Shown here piece by piece: positions 42,180 through 52,943 of a DNA stretch of 64,000 bases. Positions within the stretch are counted from its first letter, which is position 1. The number at the start of each line of letters is the position of its first letter. Where the stretch lies: NCBI GenBank assembly GCA_963803145.1, contig CAWDLW010000012.1:171435-235434 (forward strand), in the 5' to 3' direction. The notes beneath the pieces were generated by a model that was given only the letters and a program-made list of their open reading frames with translations, did no database searches and had not been told where the DNA came from. The position numbers and the translations under genes were made by a program. The stretch is from Methanotrichaceae archaeon (GTDB lineage: Archaea; Halobacteriota; Methanosarcinia; Methanotrichales; Methanotrichaceae).

Positions 42180-42755
42180 TGCCGAATATCAAACACAAGC
42201 AACTGCTCTTGTTCGCCTTAGTAGTGCTCGTAGTGTGGGGGGTAGGCACCGTCGCCTACGTCTACTATTATCCGCATCTAATTTACAACGCGTGGGATAA
42301 TGCGATAATCAATAACGGCGACGGAGCAACGCCAAATTCCACGGGCATTCCCGCCAATACGCTCTACACGCTGCCCACCCTCGCTTCCCCGTCCACACAC
42401 AACAATGTGGCAGGCGGAAACCACGACACGCTCTACACGATAGGCGTGCTTGACCTGAGCAAAGGGCCGCAGGTTTTGCACGTGCCGAACATGGATAATA
42501 CGATACTACTGTATCGAGTTCGTCGACCCCTGGGGTGACACCTCCTATGTCGGCCAGCGCACCACCGGTACTCAGGCGGGTGACTATCTAATGAGTGGAC
42601 CAGGCTGGAAGGGGAATCTACCATCGGGAATGACGCAGATAGCCTTTTCGGACAATTCCGTGCTGGTCATCGGAAGGGTGCTCGTGTATAACGATACCGA
42701 CCTGACGACCGCCTATAACCTATCGAAACAGATACAGCTCACGCCACTGACGTAA
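42179..42755 (+). pseudogene. DUF1254 domain protein with single-base frameshift
   Basis: NHDTLY...LDLSKGPQVLHVPNMDN, one extra base at ~42500, then RYYCIEFVDPWG...VGQRTTGTQAGDYL..GPGW...QIQLTPLT* (191 aa if repaired). Confidence 0.82.
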
Positions 42756-43104
42756 AGGTTACCGGGTGCTTATCAAGGCGTATACAATCCTTCGTAGAAT
42801 GGGCCGAACCTTTCAACATCCGACATTATTGCAACTACTTTACAGGGCGATGAGAAAGGGAAAGCCCAGATATTTTCAATGAGAAAAGAAAGCGTGGTTC
42901 GGCTTTACACCTAAAGTCAATTCTGCACCTAAAGTACTTATTTTTCAAGACTTTAGGTGCAAAGCCGAATCCTTGGCTAAAGATAAATAAGATCCTTTGA
43001 GCATTCAAAAATAAGATTAGGAGATTATTCTTAGCCTGAATATGTTGATGGCTAAGCAGCTTTAGCTCTTGCTTTTGCAAAATAAGCCAAAAAATCTCAG
43101 AAAT

Positions 43105-43935
43105 CTATCCTGGCTTTGTTGCACTAACTTTTATGCTTGATATAGAATCTGATACATCTCTAAGCTGCTCCTGCGATAGCTTTGGCATATCTTGGATGGG
43201 AGATCCTGCAGATTCAGAGACCAGAGACTCAATTGGGAAGGCAGTCTCATCCATAACCATGATGTTCGTAAAGCCCTCGGATTTGATGATATTCAGGTAA
43301 TCTTCCTTCATGATTGCACCTGCCAGGCAGCCGATGTATGCATCAGTAGATCTTTTTACAAACTCGGGCAGATCTCTCAGAAGGACTATATCAGAAACTG
43401 CGAGCCTTCCTCCAGGCTTCAAAACCCGAAATGCCTCCTTGAATGCCATATCTTTGCTCGGAACTAAATTTATGACGCAATTGGATATTACTACATCTAC
43501 GTAATTATCGGCGACCGGCATATTCTCAAGGTCGCCCTGCCGGAAGTCTATATTGGTGTAGCCTCCCTTCCTTGCGTTTGCCCTGGCTTTCTCCACCATC
43601 TCTGAAGTCATATCAACTCCTATGACCTTGCCGCTCTGGCCCACCTGGTTGGATGCGAGGAAACAGTCGAAGCCTGCTCCAGAACCCATATCTAGGACGA
43701 TTTCGCCTTCTTTTATCGATGCCAAAGCCACTGGATTGCCGCAGCCAAGCCCAAGGTTGGACCCTGGAGGAGCCGCCTGAATCTCCTCATCTGTATAGCC
43801 TAATCTTTTGCTGATCTCCTCAGGAAGATCTGTGCATCCGCAACAGCTTTTAGATGCATAATTGGATGTAGCTCTCTTTGCTATACGGGCATATCCCTCT
43901 CTCACCGCTCTCTTGATCTCACGTTCTTTCATCAT
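43105..43935 (-). CDS. arsM: Arsenite methyltransferase
   Basis: SCC, GLGCGNP, LDMGSGAGFD, ISNCVINL, GCLAGA. Confidence 0.93.
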   Translation of the reverse strand: MMKEREIKRAVREGYARIAKRATSNYASKSCCGCTDLPEEISKRLGYTDEEIQAAPPGSNLGLGCGNPVALASIKEGEIVLDMGSGAGFDCFLASNQVGQSGKVIGVDMTSEMVEKARANARKGGYTNIDFRQGDLENMPVADNYVDVVISNCVINLVPSKDMAFKEAFRVLKPGGRLAVSDIVLLRDLPEFVKRSTDAYIGCLAGAIMKEDYLNIIKSEGFTNIMVMDETAFPIESLVSESAGSPIQDMPKLSQEQLRDVSDSISSIKVSATKPG

Positions 43936-44136
43936 AATAATACCTTTATTTATTGTGACTTATTTTTTGAACTTTAATTATCCTCGAGTCGTATCTTTTA
44001 ATGTTGGTTCTAGGCTTTAATTAATTTTTCTTCGCAATAGAAGATTGCAGCCTTAAAGGTAGTTCATCAATCAGTGACTGAAGCTAAAAGATATCATGAA
44101 GTAGTTTACCGATGCCGTTAATTTTTGGGAGTCGGA

Positions 44137-44679
44137 TTAGACCTGCCTGAGGAGAGGCTCATATTCGCCAATCTTCTTTATCAGATCCTGATGCCTAATC
44201 CAGAGTCCAATAATGGCTGCCAAAGAGAATGTAAGCCACGCGGCGAACCCCAGCTTCAAATATCCTATAAGTGCAGGCTGCTGTGTGTGAACGAACATCG
44301 CTGCTGCCAGGGTTACTATTATGGAGAAGAAGATGTTGGCCGAAGGTGCGATGCTATCCCGGTATTCTGTACAAAAATGCTCCCACTCTCGCTCAGCCGT
44401 TCCTGCGCGAGATGCAGGGTGTTTGCCGAGGAAGATGCCGATCCTTTTGATCCTGGAATCTGCAGACATAATATATAGATCATAGCTGATAGCAACTAAT
44501 GGTATAAAATAAAGAAGCCAATATATATCTGCAATCTTGATCCCGAGGTTTACCGAGCTTATGCCGAAAAGCACTGTGACAAAGGCTAGCTTTCTTGTGA
44601 CATAATCTGCTCGCTCATTCTGCGTCCTAATTTTCTCCTCATGGAGCGCCCGGAGAAACTCGCGATCGCTCTCTTCCAT
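44137..44679 (-). CDS. Hypothetical multi-pass membrane protein
   Basis: 180-aa ORF with about four hydrophobic segments. Confidence 0.7.
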   Translation of the reverse strand: MEESDREFLRALHEEKIRTQNERADYVTRKLAFVTVLFGISSVNLGIKIADIYWLLYFIPLVAISYDLYIMSADSRIKRIGIFLGKHPASRAGTAEREWEHFCTEYRDSIAPSANIFFSIIVTLAAAMFVHTQQPALIGYLKLGFAAWLTFSLAAIIGLWIRHQDLIKKIGEYEPLLRQV

Positions 44680-44814
44680 TGCTACCCCAATACAGGAAAG
44701 GATCTAATGTATTAATAACTTTTGCATGTGATGTATTACGATGCGAACGAAAAGAGAAAGGCTTAAAGATACTCAGAAAAATGATATGGCGAGCGTATCC
44801 AGATAGCTGGACCC

Positions 44815-46119
44815 TCAGGATATCTCGCAGCTTGCTACAGCATGAATCGCTGATTTAATCTCCTTAATCTCTTGCCTTCCTGCCGACCCTTTCGACCCTT
44901 TGATACTATGACCCTTCATTTCAGACAGGGCCAAGAGAAGCAGTAGATAATCTTTGATATGCCTGGTTATAAGGAAATTATTCCTGACATGCTCTTTGCC
45001 GTTTATTCCGAGAATCTTCGCATACTCCGGCTCCATCAGGAGTTTCTTCAGATAGAATACTGTTTCATCAGATGAACTTGTGAGGATGCCTGAGGTGCCA
45101 TGATTTATCTGCAGTGGAATTCCTCCTACTGCAGATGCTATTACAGGCTTTGCCTTCCACAGCGCCTCTGTAACCGTCAGCCCGAATCCCTCTCGGAGCG
45201 AGTTTTGAAGCACCACGGTGGATGCCCTCTGTAGCGCATTGATCTCCAGATGGCTCGTTGGCGGAAGATCAAGGACATGAATATCCGTATCCTCCTTTGC
45301 AGCGCATAGAACCTTCTCAAGAACTGCAGGCCCCTCCGGATCGTCAGTGGCACTACCGCCTGCAAGGACAAGCTGGCAATCGATATCTTCTTTGACCTTC
45401 TTATACGCCTCAATGACCCCTATCGGGTTCTTCAGTTTATCAAAGCGAGAGACCTGTGTTACTATTGGGCGCTCCTGGTCGATTCCAAAGCGGTTAAGGG
45501 TTGAGGAGATGAAACCATCGGATAGCTCCTTATTTTTATCGCTCAATGGATCAATTGACGGCGGGATGATTATCTGCTCAGCGCCCAGACTTCTCTGTGC
45601 ATATTTCTGTGCTGAGATTATCGCATAATCATATCTCTTAATATAATTGTTCAAGAAATTCAATGGTCCCATCTGGGGCTCCGATAGATCGATATGGCAT
45701 CTCCAGAGCCATGTCCGTCCATCGTCTTCTCTTTTATCGATCAGAGTAATAGGCTGGGGGTCATGAACGAGTACAATATCTCCATAGATATCAGTCGCCT
45801 CGGCATTCATCCTGCCGATCTCCATGAAATATGCAAGATCATCATTTGTTATATCGGTATTAAATCCCTGCAATGAATTGTGGAACTTCTTGGTGATGCC
45901 GAAGAATCTATCATCGCCTTTTATGACATCCCATCTGATATCGACTCCAAGCTGCTTGAATAAAGGCAGCATCCTTGAGAGTATCTCGGCTACGCCTCCT
46001 CCGACATAGGTCGAGTTTATATTTTGTAGTATTTTTCCCTGGGACCCTTCAGCTAGCGAATATAGTTCATTTATGGTGTCCTGTCCAACAATGGCTGCGT
46101 AATCGTCAATCTTAGGCAT
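44815..46119 (-). CDS. treT: GT4 glycosyltransferase, trehalose synthase (TreT)-like
   Basis: NSTYVGGGVAEIL, HDPQP, WRCHID, PSIDPLS.KN, SRFD..K, EGFGLTVTEA. Confidence 0.85.
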   Translation of the reverse strand: MPKIDDYAAIVGQDTINELYSLAEGSQGKILQNINSTYVGGGVAEILSRMLPLFKQLGVDIRWDVIKGDDRFFGITKKFHNSLQGFNTDITNDDLAYFMEIGRMNAEATDIYGDIVLVHDPQPITLIDKREDDGRTWLWRCHIDLSEPQMGPLNFLNNYIKRYDYAIISAQKYAQRSLGAEQIIIPPSIDPLSDKNKELSDGFISSTLNRFGIDQERPIVTQVSRFDKLKNPIGVIEAYKKVKEDIDCQLVLAGGSATDDPEGPAVLEKVLCAAKEDTDIHVLDLPPTSHLEINALQRASTVVLQNSLREGFGLTVTEALWKAKPVIASAVGGIPLQINHGTSGILTSSSDETVFYLKKLLMEPEYAKILGINGKEHVRNNFLITRHIKDYLLLLLALSEMKGHSIKGSKGSAGRQEIKEIKSAIHAVASCEIS

Positions 46120-46537
46120 ATCCCAACCTCACAGCTTACGTTCCAGCCAATTTTATAAAAGCATTTTTTATAGATGGAACTCATGTAGAGGCCAGCTAGC
46201 TCATCTTTCGGATAACAAGGGTCTTTTCTCTGGAAAATCGTTTTAGCAAATGCAACATGCACAAGGTTAGGTCAAATGACTTACATGAGAGTAAGTTGGT
46301 GCAATTTGGCATGTTCTAGCTCTATAACCTCTATAAATACACTCAGTCACTTGGTGGATTTGATAGCCGGATGTGGGCACTCATTGGGCTTTCATCGAGA
46401 CTCATTCTTTTCCCAAAATATCATGAAAGGCAATTACTATTCTATTCGGTATTCACGAGGCCGTCAGTGATTCATAAACAAAACATTATGATTCTTTCTT
46501 AGGTAGGGATTGAATTGCGCCCAAAGAACGAAAATAG

Positions 46538-46655
46538 TCATTAGCTTTACACTTATTCTGGGGCTAGAGCTAACGGCTACAACTAGCGCCCTCAATCGCC
46601 GGGCGGGCTTCCCCTAACCCCTCTCTGGGGGAAGGCTTTAGAAAACGATAGGCTA
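46538..46655 (+). repeat. ~117-bp structured repeat, copy 1
   Basis: About 80% identical (hand alignment) to the reverse complement of 47259-47374. Confidence 0.88.
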
Positions 46656-46718
46656 TATGGTTGATTAGAATAAGATGAACGAGCCCTTATTGTGTTTAAG
46701 ATGAATACTATGGTTCTT

Positions 46719-46943
46719 TCAGTATTCCAGATCCCTTATTAGATCCTTCACTGTTCCTCGTCTAACTTCTCCACGTTCGAATGCGTCTTGGGCTTCCTTT
46801 ACTTCGATTACAAGCTTTGCTCGGCGCTTCTCAATGATACGCTTATTGATGATCTCGATCAACATAGACTGATCATCGAGGAGCAGAGACTCGACTGCAT
46901 CGATCAAATCTTGAAAGCTTAAAGACTCTGCTGCACCATTCAT
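46719..46943 (-). CDS. Small antitoxin-like protein (type usually found upstream of RelE/YafQ toxins)
   Basis: SFQDLIDAVESL..DDQ.MLIEII.KR...RR......G.VRRGTVKDL pattern; no intact toxin downstream. Confidence 0.6.
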   Translation of the reverse strand: MNGAAESLSFQDLIDAVESLLLDDQSMLIEIINKRIIEKRRAKLVIEVKEAQDAFERGEVRRGTVKDLIRDLEY

Positions 46944-47092
46944 CTAAACCTACCTTCATGGCTTTATATCTACAGGGGATTAAATGGATAATAAATTGTT
47001 GTTTATCACATGTTAATGAAATCATCCTGTGCAAGAGGATCGCTTACCATCTACAATATCCTACCAAGGATAATTCATCATTTTGCTGGCGG

Positions 47093-47236
47093 CTAAATGG
47101 ACTCAGGCTCTACGATCTTTGGCACTGCTTTTCTGATCCTCTTTACATCCAGCTCAACTGAATGCTTTCTCTTTGGAGGAATATGAACTATAATATCATG
47201 CGTAGGCTCTGAATCTAAGCGCTGATCAAGACTCAA
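47093..47236 (-). CDS. Possible 47-aa small protein or 3' gene remnant
   Basis: Not in the ORF track: TTG after AGGGGA; MSLDQRLDSEPTHDIIVHIPPKRKHSVELDVKRIRKAVPKIVEPESI. Confidence 0.35.
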   Translation of the reverse strand: MSLDQRLDSEPTHDIIVHIPPKRKHSVELDVKRIRKAVPKIVEPESI

Positions 47237-47258
47237 TAATCTATCCCCTTTAGCTGTT

Positions 47259-47374
47259 TAGCCTATCGTTATCATAAGCCTTCCCCCGTAGAGGGGCCAG
47301 GGGTAGCCCGCGCGGCGACTGAGCGCGCTAGGACAGCCATTAGTTTTAGCCCCAAAGTAAGTGTAGGCTAATGA
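47259..47374 (-). repeat. ~117-bp structured repeat, copy 2 (inverted)
   Basis: See copy 1; shared blocks include TACACTTA, TGGGGCTA, TCGCCG, GGGGGAAGGCTT, AACGATAGGCTA. Confidence 0.88.
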
Positions 47375-47597
47375 AAACTCATACAGTCCCAAATGCGAAT
47401 ATTGTTATTAGAGCCTTTTTCGATATCTGTGGCTTGCCAGACGTGCGGCAGAAATAGCCATAGAATATAGTCTCAGGGGCGCTGATGCTATCTATGTAGC
47501 TGTTGCCGAGGAATTTGATTCTGCTCCGATATCCTGGAATGCTGAAATGCTACAGAGATGCCCTGAGTTCGCGCTTACTATGAGCCCAGAAGGGTGA
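47375..47597 (+). pseudogene. vapC: VapC/PIN toxin 3' fragment
   Basis: LARRAAEIAIEYSLRGADAIYVAVAEEF...ISWNAEMLQR; the 5' half is missing at the repeat copy 2 boundary. Confidence 0.7.
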
Positions 47598-47785
47598 CTG
47601 GAAGGATCTGCGGGTACTAAAGTGTAGTATATATCCATATTTTAGCAGTATGGAATGGTACGTGAAGGATATTAGTAGTAACACCATTTATTCTTGAAGC
47701 CAGGGTATCTGAATAGGTATCTTCAGACTTTTTATATTATGCTACAAATCAACTTAATAGCATTGCATATTTAGCTAGCGTTTAA

Positions 47786-49256
47786 TTATGCATTCAATAA
47801 CGTTTTTAGATTCAAATAAACATCAGGAACTGCATTCTCCATAAACCAAGCTGGCAATAATCTCAATGCAGTTTCTTTTTTAAATTTTTGACTTTGCCCG
47901 AATAAGCCTTCGAGGTTAGGAGATTGATATAATACATTTCCATCGCCTATTAGGGACCTTATTTCGGTTATCCTTAGTAGAGTGCTTGGCTCTCCTGGAT
48001 CTTCATCTACAAGAGCAAAGATATTTATATTAAATTTCTTGAGTATCTCTGCCACTGGTTTAATACCAGTGTTTCCGCCGCAATCTACAATTGATATATT
48101 GTGCTTATTTATCTCAACATTTAATCGCTCTAACGCAATTGTACACGCAATCTTATCGTCTGGCCCCTCGACTAAAACCACTTTCTCTGCAAAGAAAACT
48201 TCATTTAACTCTTCATCAAATTTAGAAGCTGCCTTTATTATATTTATATCTGAGATATTACCCCTACCAAAATAGACTTTGGTCTCTTTGTTTTCCTTTT
48301 TAACTACGTACACTGATTCAAAGTCAGCAATATTTATAAAACATCGCTCATGCGTTGTGTACATTATCTGAACGCCATGAGTAGATAGATCCTTTAAAAT
48401 GTTATAAAAATGTCTACAACCATGGGGGTGAAGATATAATTCGGGCTCTTCTATAGTTAATATTAAGGGTTGGCTCACTATTTCGGCATACGTTCTAGCA
48501 ATAGCTATGGCTACAGCACTTTGAACTCCTGCCCCTTCATCACCCACATCAACATTAACGTCTGAATATGCACTTGATATAAAAGGTCGAAGATCCCTTA
48601 AGATCATAGTAGGATCAATAATAGACAGACTTAATTCGAGTTCCAATCCAATCTGTTCTTTAACAAATTCATTCAACTTAATTTCAGCATCTCTTATATA
48701 GGGGGTATAAATTAACTCCATATGATCTATCTAAATCTGTTTTAAATTCCTCTTTGTCATCATTCCCAATCTGATCTGATACATATTTGATCAATTTACC
48801 ATAAACAGTCCATCGAGATGGTTTAATTTGCTGATACGCCTGGCGATCCAGAGGTAAATACATCATATTAATGTTATCTTTCATTTGACTGTTTACTCTT
48901 ATATCTTTTCCACTTGTAAAGTAAGTTAAATTTTGTCCATCGTTATCTATAGCCACATAATCAGTATCACGACCGTTGCATGTCAACCGGAATCCATAAA
49001 CATCATTTGAGAAATATTTTATTGGATTTGAAAATCTTATCTCGATAACGATGTCATTCGATTTATTATAGCAGTAGAAGTCTGTCTCATCGAACGATCT
49101 GATAGTTGGCCAAGTATTTCCAATAATTAAATTTAGAGCTTTAAGTATATTCGATTTACCTGCACTATTGGGACCAATAAAAGCATTTAGGTTCTCAAGT
49201 TCGATATCTAAATTTTTTATAGACCTAAAATTTTTTATTATTAATCTATTTATCAT
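47786..49256 (-). pseudogene. OLD-family ATP-dependent nuclease (ABC ATPase + TOPRIM), frameshifted
   Basis: IKNFRSI, GPNSAGKS; EGAGVQ, IEEPELYLHP, YTTH; LVEGPDD, DCGG, VDED. Deleting one base from G5 (48701-48705) fuses the two ORFs (NLYPYIRDAE, 489 aa). Confidence 0.85.
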
Positions 49257-49322
49257 TAAATATCCATCCAAATCAAGTTTTGATCCCAATAAGATATAAC
49301 TTAAAATTAGTATACAGCTCCC

Positions 49323-49352
49323 GAAGCGCGGCGTTTGTCCCCGCCGCGCTTC
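49323..49352. other. Perfect 11-bp GC-rich inverted repeat
   Basis: GAAGCGCGGCG-TTTGTCCC-CGCCGCGCTTC. Confidence 0.8.
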
Positions 49353-49502
49353 TGGAACCGCTCCTCCCTCCTTGTGATGTAGTTTTGTTTGTTGAGTTAT
49401 AATTGTTTATCACTGGCCATATTATAGCATGGCCTATATCGAGCGCCTTATTTGGCACTCGTCAAGACCATGCTACAACGTCCCATGATATATACTTTAC
49501 TT

Positions 49503-50495
49503 CTATCTCTGTAGCCACGGCATCATTGAGCGCAGCTCGGCGCCGACCTTCTCTATCGGGTGCTCCGATTCCTCCTTCTCCAGAGATTTCTTTACCGGCA
49601 GCCCTGCCTGCGACTCTAAAATCCATTCGCGTGCAAACTCTCCAGACTGGATCTCGGCCAGGATCTCCTCCATTTCAGCCCGTGATTCCTCGTTGATGAT
49701 TCTGGCTCCGCGGGTCATGCCGCCGTACTCTGCTGTGTTTGAGACGTTGTTCCACATCCTCATGAACCCGCCCTCGTAGATCAGATCAACGATCAGCTTC
49801 AGCTCATGGCACGCCTCGAAGTAGGCGATCTCAGGCTGGTAGCCCGCATCCACAAGCGTCTCGAAGGCCGCCTTTATCATCTCTGTAACCCCGCCGCAGA
49901 GGTCGACCTGCTCGCCAAATAGGTCGGTCTCTGTCTCTTCCTGGAATGTAGTCTCGATAACGCCGGCGCGTGTTCCTCCAATGCCCTTTGCATACGCAAG
50001 CGCCCTTTGTAGCGCCTTTCCGGATGCATCCTGCTCGATTGCAACGAGGCATGGAACGCCTTTTCCCTCCTGGAACTGGCGCCTCACCAGATCTCCAGGA
50101 CCCTTGGGAGCGATCATAACGACATCAACGTTCTTCGGCGGCACTATCTGGAAGTAGCGTATATTGAAGCCGTGCGAGAACCCGAGCACCTTGCCCTCTG
50201 TCATATGTGGTGCTATCTGCTCCCTGTAGATCCTGGCCTGCAGCTCATCAGGCAGAAGCATTTGGATATAATCTGCTGCCTTGGAAGCCTCTGAGACGCT
50301 CATGACCTTGACGCCGTCCTGCTCTGCGCGCCTCCATGCCGGGGTTCCTTGAAGGTCAGCTGCAATCACATTAATGCCTGAATCCTTGAGGTTTGCACCC
50401 TGGGCATGCCCCTGATTGCCGTATCCTATTATGGCGACGGTCTTGCCCTTCAATGCATGAAGATCTGCGTCTCCATCACGGTATATTGTTGCCAA
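49503..50495 (-). CDS. ilvC: Ketol-acid reductoisomerase
   Basis: [34 protein letters not shown]. Confidence 0.97.
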   Translation of the reverse strand: MATIYRDGDADLHALKGKTVAIIGYGNQGHAQGANLKDSGINVIAADLQGTPAWRRAEQDGVKVMSVSEASKAADYIQMLLPDELQARIYREQIAPHMTEGKVLGFSHGFNIRYFQIVPPKNVDVVMIAPKGPGDLVRRQFQEGKGVPCLVAIEQDASGKALQRALAYAKGIGGTRAGVIETTFQEETETDLFGEQVDLCGGVTEMIKAAFETLVDAGYQPEIAYFEACHELKLIVDLIYEGGFMRMWNNVSNTAEYGGMTRGARIINEESRAEMEEILAEIQSGEFAREWILESQAGLPVKKSLEKEESEHPIEKVGAELRSMMPWLQR

Positions 50496-50624
50496 ATTTA
50501 TGCCTCCTTTATTTGCTTTTACTCATGTTACTTAATCTATCATAGTCTAGTGGCAATAAAAATATTGATGCTTTTGGCGATTATCAAGCCCTGTTTTTGT
50601 GGATGAGTACCTATTTGCTCAAAC

Positions 50625-50672
50625 TAAGCCTTAGTCATCTTAAGCCTTAGTCATCTTAAGCCTTAATCACCT
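50625..50672 (-). repeat. Three 16-bp tandem units at the ilvN stop codon
   Basis: taagccttagtcatct x2 plus taagccttaatcacct. Confidence 0.85.
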
Positions 50673-51147
50673 TCGTGCCCCTCACCATTGAGACCTTGCC
50701 AGTTCTTGCAAGCTCCTTGATGCCGTATTGCCTGAGCATATGCACTATGGCATCTACCTTTTCCGAATCCCCTGTTACCTCGATTATCATAGACCTTGCA
50801 GATACATCGATTATATTTGCCCTGAAGATATCGACCATCTGCATTATCTCACTGCGGCTATCTTTGTCGGCGCTCACCTTTATCACAGCCAGCTCGCGCT
50901 CGACAGACTCCTTAGGTTCAAGCTCGCTTACTCTAATCACATTTATGAGCTTGCTGAGCTGCTTTGTAACCTGCTCCAATACGTCATCATCCCCTTCGAC
51001 AGTCAAAGTCATGCGTGAGTATTCGGTGTGATCTGTAGCTCCGACTGAGAGGCTTTCTATATTGAACGACCTGCGGCTGAACAGCCCGGCGATCCTTGTC
51101 AGTACGCCGGACTTGTTCTCCATTATCACGGCAATGGTGTGCTTCAT
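50656..51147 (-). CDS. ilvN: Acetolactate synthase small subunit
   Basis: [26 protein letters not shown] domain; ELARTG. Confidence 0.96.
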   Translation of the reverse strand: MKHTIAVIMENKSGVLTRIAGLFSRRSFNIESLSVGATDHTEYSRMTLTVEGDDDVLEQVTKQLSKLINVIRVSELEPKESVERELAVIKVSADKDSRSEIMQMVDIFRANIIDVSARSMIIEVTGDSEKVDAIVHMLRQYGIKELARTGKVSMVRGTKVIKA

Positions 51148-52943
51148 GTGAACCCCTCACTGCCCAATATCTCCTTTCTGGACTCGGCATACATCCTTTC
51201 CAGGTGGCCAGCGTGCGACTCCTCGCACCATTCCAGTTCAAGGATCTCGCTGATTGCAGCCCCTGCCGGTACCATCGGCGATACATTCTCTACAGGGTTG
51301 ACAATGAAGTCCATAATGGTCGGCCTATCCGAGGCTAAGGCAGCTCTAATCACCGGTTCAACCTCCTGAGGCTTCGTCGCCCGCAGACCGACGGCTCCAT
51401 ATGCCTCTGCCAATTTGACGAAGTCGGGACTTGTGCGTCCGAGAATTGTGGCAGAATACCTCTTCTCAAAGAACAGTTCCTGCCACTGGCGAACCATGCC
51501 GAGGCAGCCGTTGTTCAGTATTGCCACTTTGACAGGTATTTCGTTGACTACCGCAGTTGCAAGCTCCTGGCTGTTCATGAGGAAGCTGCCATCACCTGCA
51601 ACATCTATGACCTCGCATTCAGGCCTCCCAACTTTCGCGCCGATTGCGGCCGGGAACCCATAGCCCATTGTACCTAGCCCGCCGGATGATATGAACTTGC
51701 GCGGGTCCTTATGTACAAAGAACTGCGCTGCCCACATCTGGTTCTGGCCGACCTCAGTGGTAATAATTGCGTCCGGGGCCAGCTCACAGAGCTTTTCTAT
51801 GACGAACTGCGGTTTTATAACATTCATATCCGGTATATACTTCAGAGGATGATCCTGCTTCCACTGGACGACCTTCTCGTCCCAAGCGGACCAGGGCTTG
51901 GGTGTTACCTCCTTCAGCAGAGCAACCAGTGCGTTCTTGGCATCCCCGACAACTGGAATATCCACACGCACATTCTTTCCAACTTCGGCCGGGTCTACAT
52001 CTATGTGGACTATTTTGGCATAAGGCGCGAAGCTGGCAATCTTACCTGTAACTCGATCATCGAATCTCGCTCCCACTGCCAGGAGCAGGTCGGATTCCTG
52101 GATCGCGTAGTTGGCATACTTTGTTCCATGCATTCCAAGCATGCCAAGGGATAGGGGATGATCCTCAGGGAAGCAGCCTATACCCATGAGAGTAGTAGTA
52201 ACAGGCGCATTGATCTTTGTTGCCAAATCAAACAGTTCCTTATGTGCATCGGCGTACTTCACACCTCCGCCGACGTAAATGACAGGCTTTTCAGCATCCA
52301 TCAATGCTTTGGCTGCCTTTTTGATCTGCATTTCGTGAACTTTGATTGATGGATGATAGCCCGGCAGGTTTACCTCGGGCCACGTGAACTCTACCTCTTC
52401 TACAGTAACGTCGCGAGGCAGATCAATCAGCACTGGACCTGGCCTACCGCTTCTGGCTATATAAAAAGCCTCGCGGAAGACGCGCGTTATGTCCTTGGCG
52501 CTTCTGAGAAGGTAGTTATGCTTGGTAATTGGCAGGGTTATGCCGGTTATGTCGGCCTCCTGAAATGCATCTTTTCCAATAAGGAATGTATTTACCTGGC
52601 CAGTTATAGCGACCATCGGCACAGAGTCCATGTAGGCATTGGCGATTCCCGTAACAAGGTTGGTTGCTCCTGGCCCGGAAGTAGCAATGCAGACGCCTAC
52701 TTTTCCTGTCGCCCGAGCATAGCCATCGGCCATGTGCGCCGCCCCTTGCTCATGCCTGACCAGGATATGCCGTATATCGGAATTGTAAATGGCATCATAT
52801 AGTGGCAGAAGCACTCCGCCTGGCAGGCCAAACATTACATCTACGCCCTCTCTTTTAAGGGACTCAAGAACTGCTTGAGCCCCAGTCATCTTAGGCTTAT
52901 CTTGAATCTCATCGGGGAGTTCACCAAGTTTAGTCAGCGACAT
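51144..52943 (-). CDS. ilvB: Acetolactate synthase large subunit
   Basis: [28 protein letters not shown]...NN ThDP motif; likely start ATG 52943 after GAGGAGG. Confidence 0.96.
   Translation of the reverse strand: MSLTKLGELPDEIQDKPKMTGAQAVLESLKREGVDVMFGLPGGVLLPLYDAIYNSDIRHILVRHEQGAAHMADGYARATGKVGVCIATSGPGATNLVTGIANAYMDSVPMVAITGQVNTFLIGKDAFQEADITGITLPITKHNYLLRSAKDITRVFREAFYIARSGRPGPVLIDLPRDVTVEEVEFTWPEVNLPGYHPSIKVHEMQIKKAAKALMDAEKPVIYVGGGVKYADAHKELFDLATKINAPVTTTLMGIGCFPEDHPLSLGMLGMHGTKYANYAIQESDLLLAVGARFDDRVTGKIASFAPYAKIVHIDVDPAEVGKNVRVDIPVVGDAKNALVALLKEVTPKPWSAWDEKVVQWKQDHPLKYIPDMNVIKPQFVIEKLCELAPDAIITTEVGQNQMWAAQFFVHKDPRKFISSGGLGTMGYGFPAAIGAKVGRPECEVIDVAGDGSFLMNSQELATAVVNEIPVKVAILNNGCLGMVRQWQELFFEKRYSATILGRTSPDFVKLAEAYGAVGLRATKPQEVEPVIRAALASDRPTIMDFIVNPVENVSPMVPAGAAISEILELEWCEESHAGHLERMYAESRKEILGSEGFT

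Noticed and set aside
46660-46720. Degenerate RelE/YafQ toxin start after the antitoxin-like gene
   Set aside because: Only a few suggestive codons (RTIVF) with no start codon; not supportable.
47786-49256. Gabija system
   Set aside because: No GajB/UvrD helicase is adjacent; the Lhr helicase is 40 kb away and looks like a housekeeping gene.
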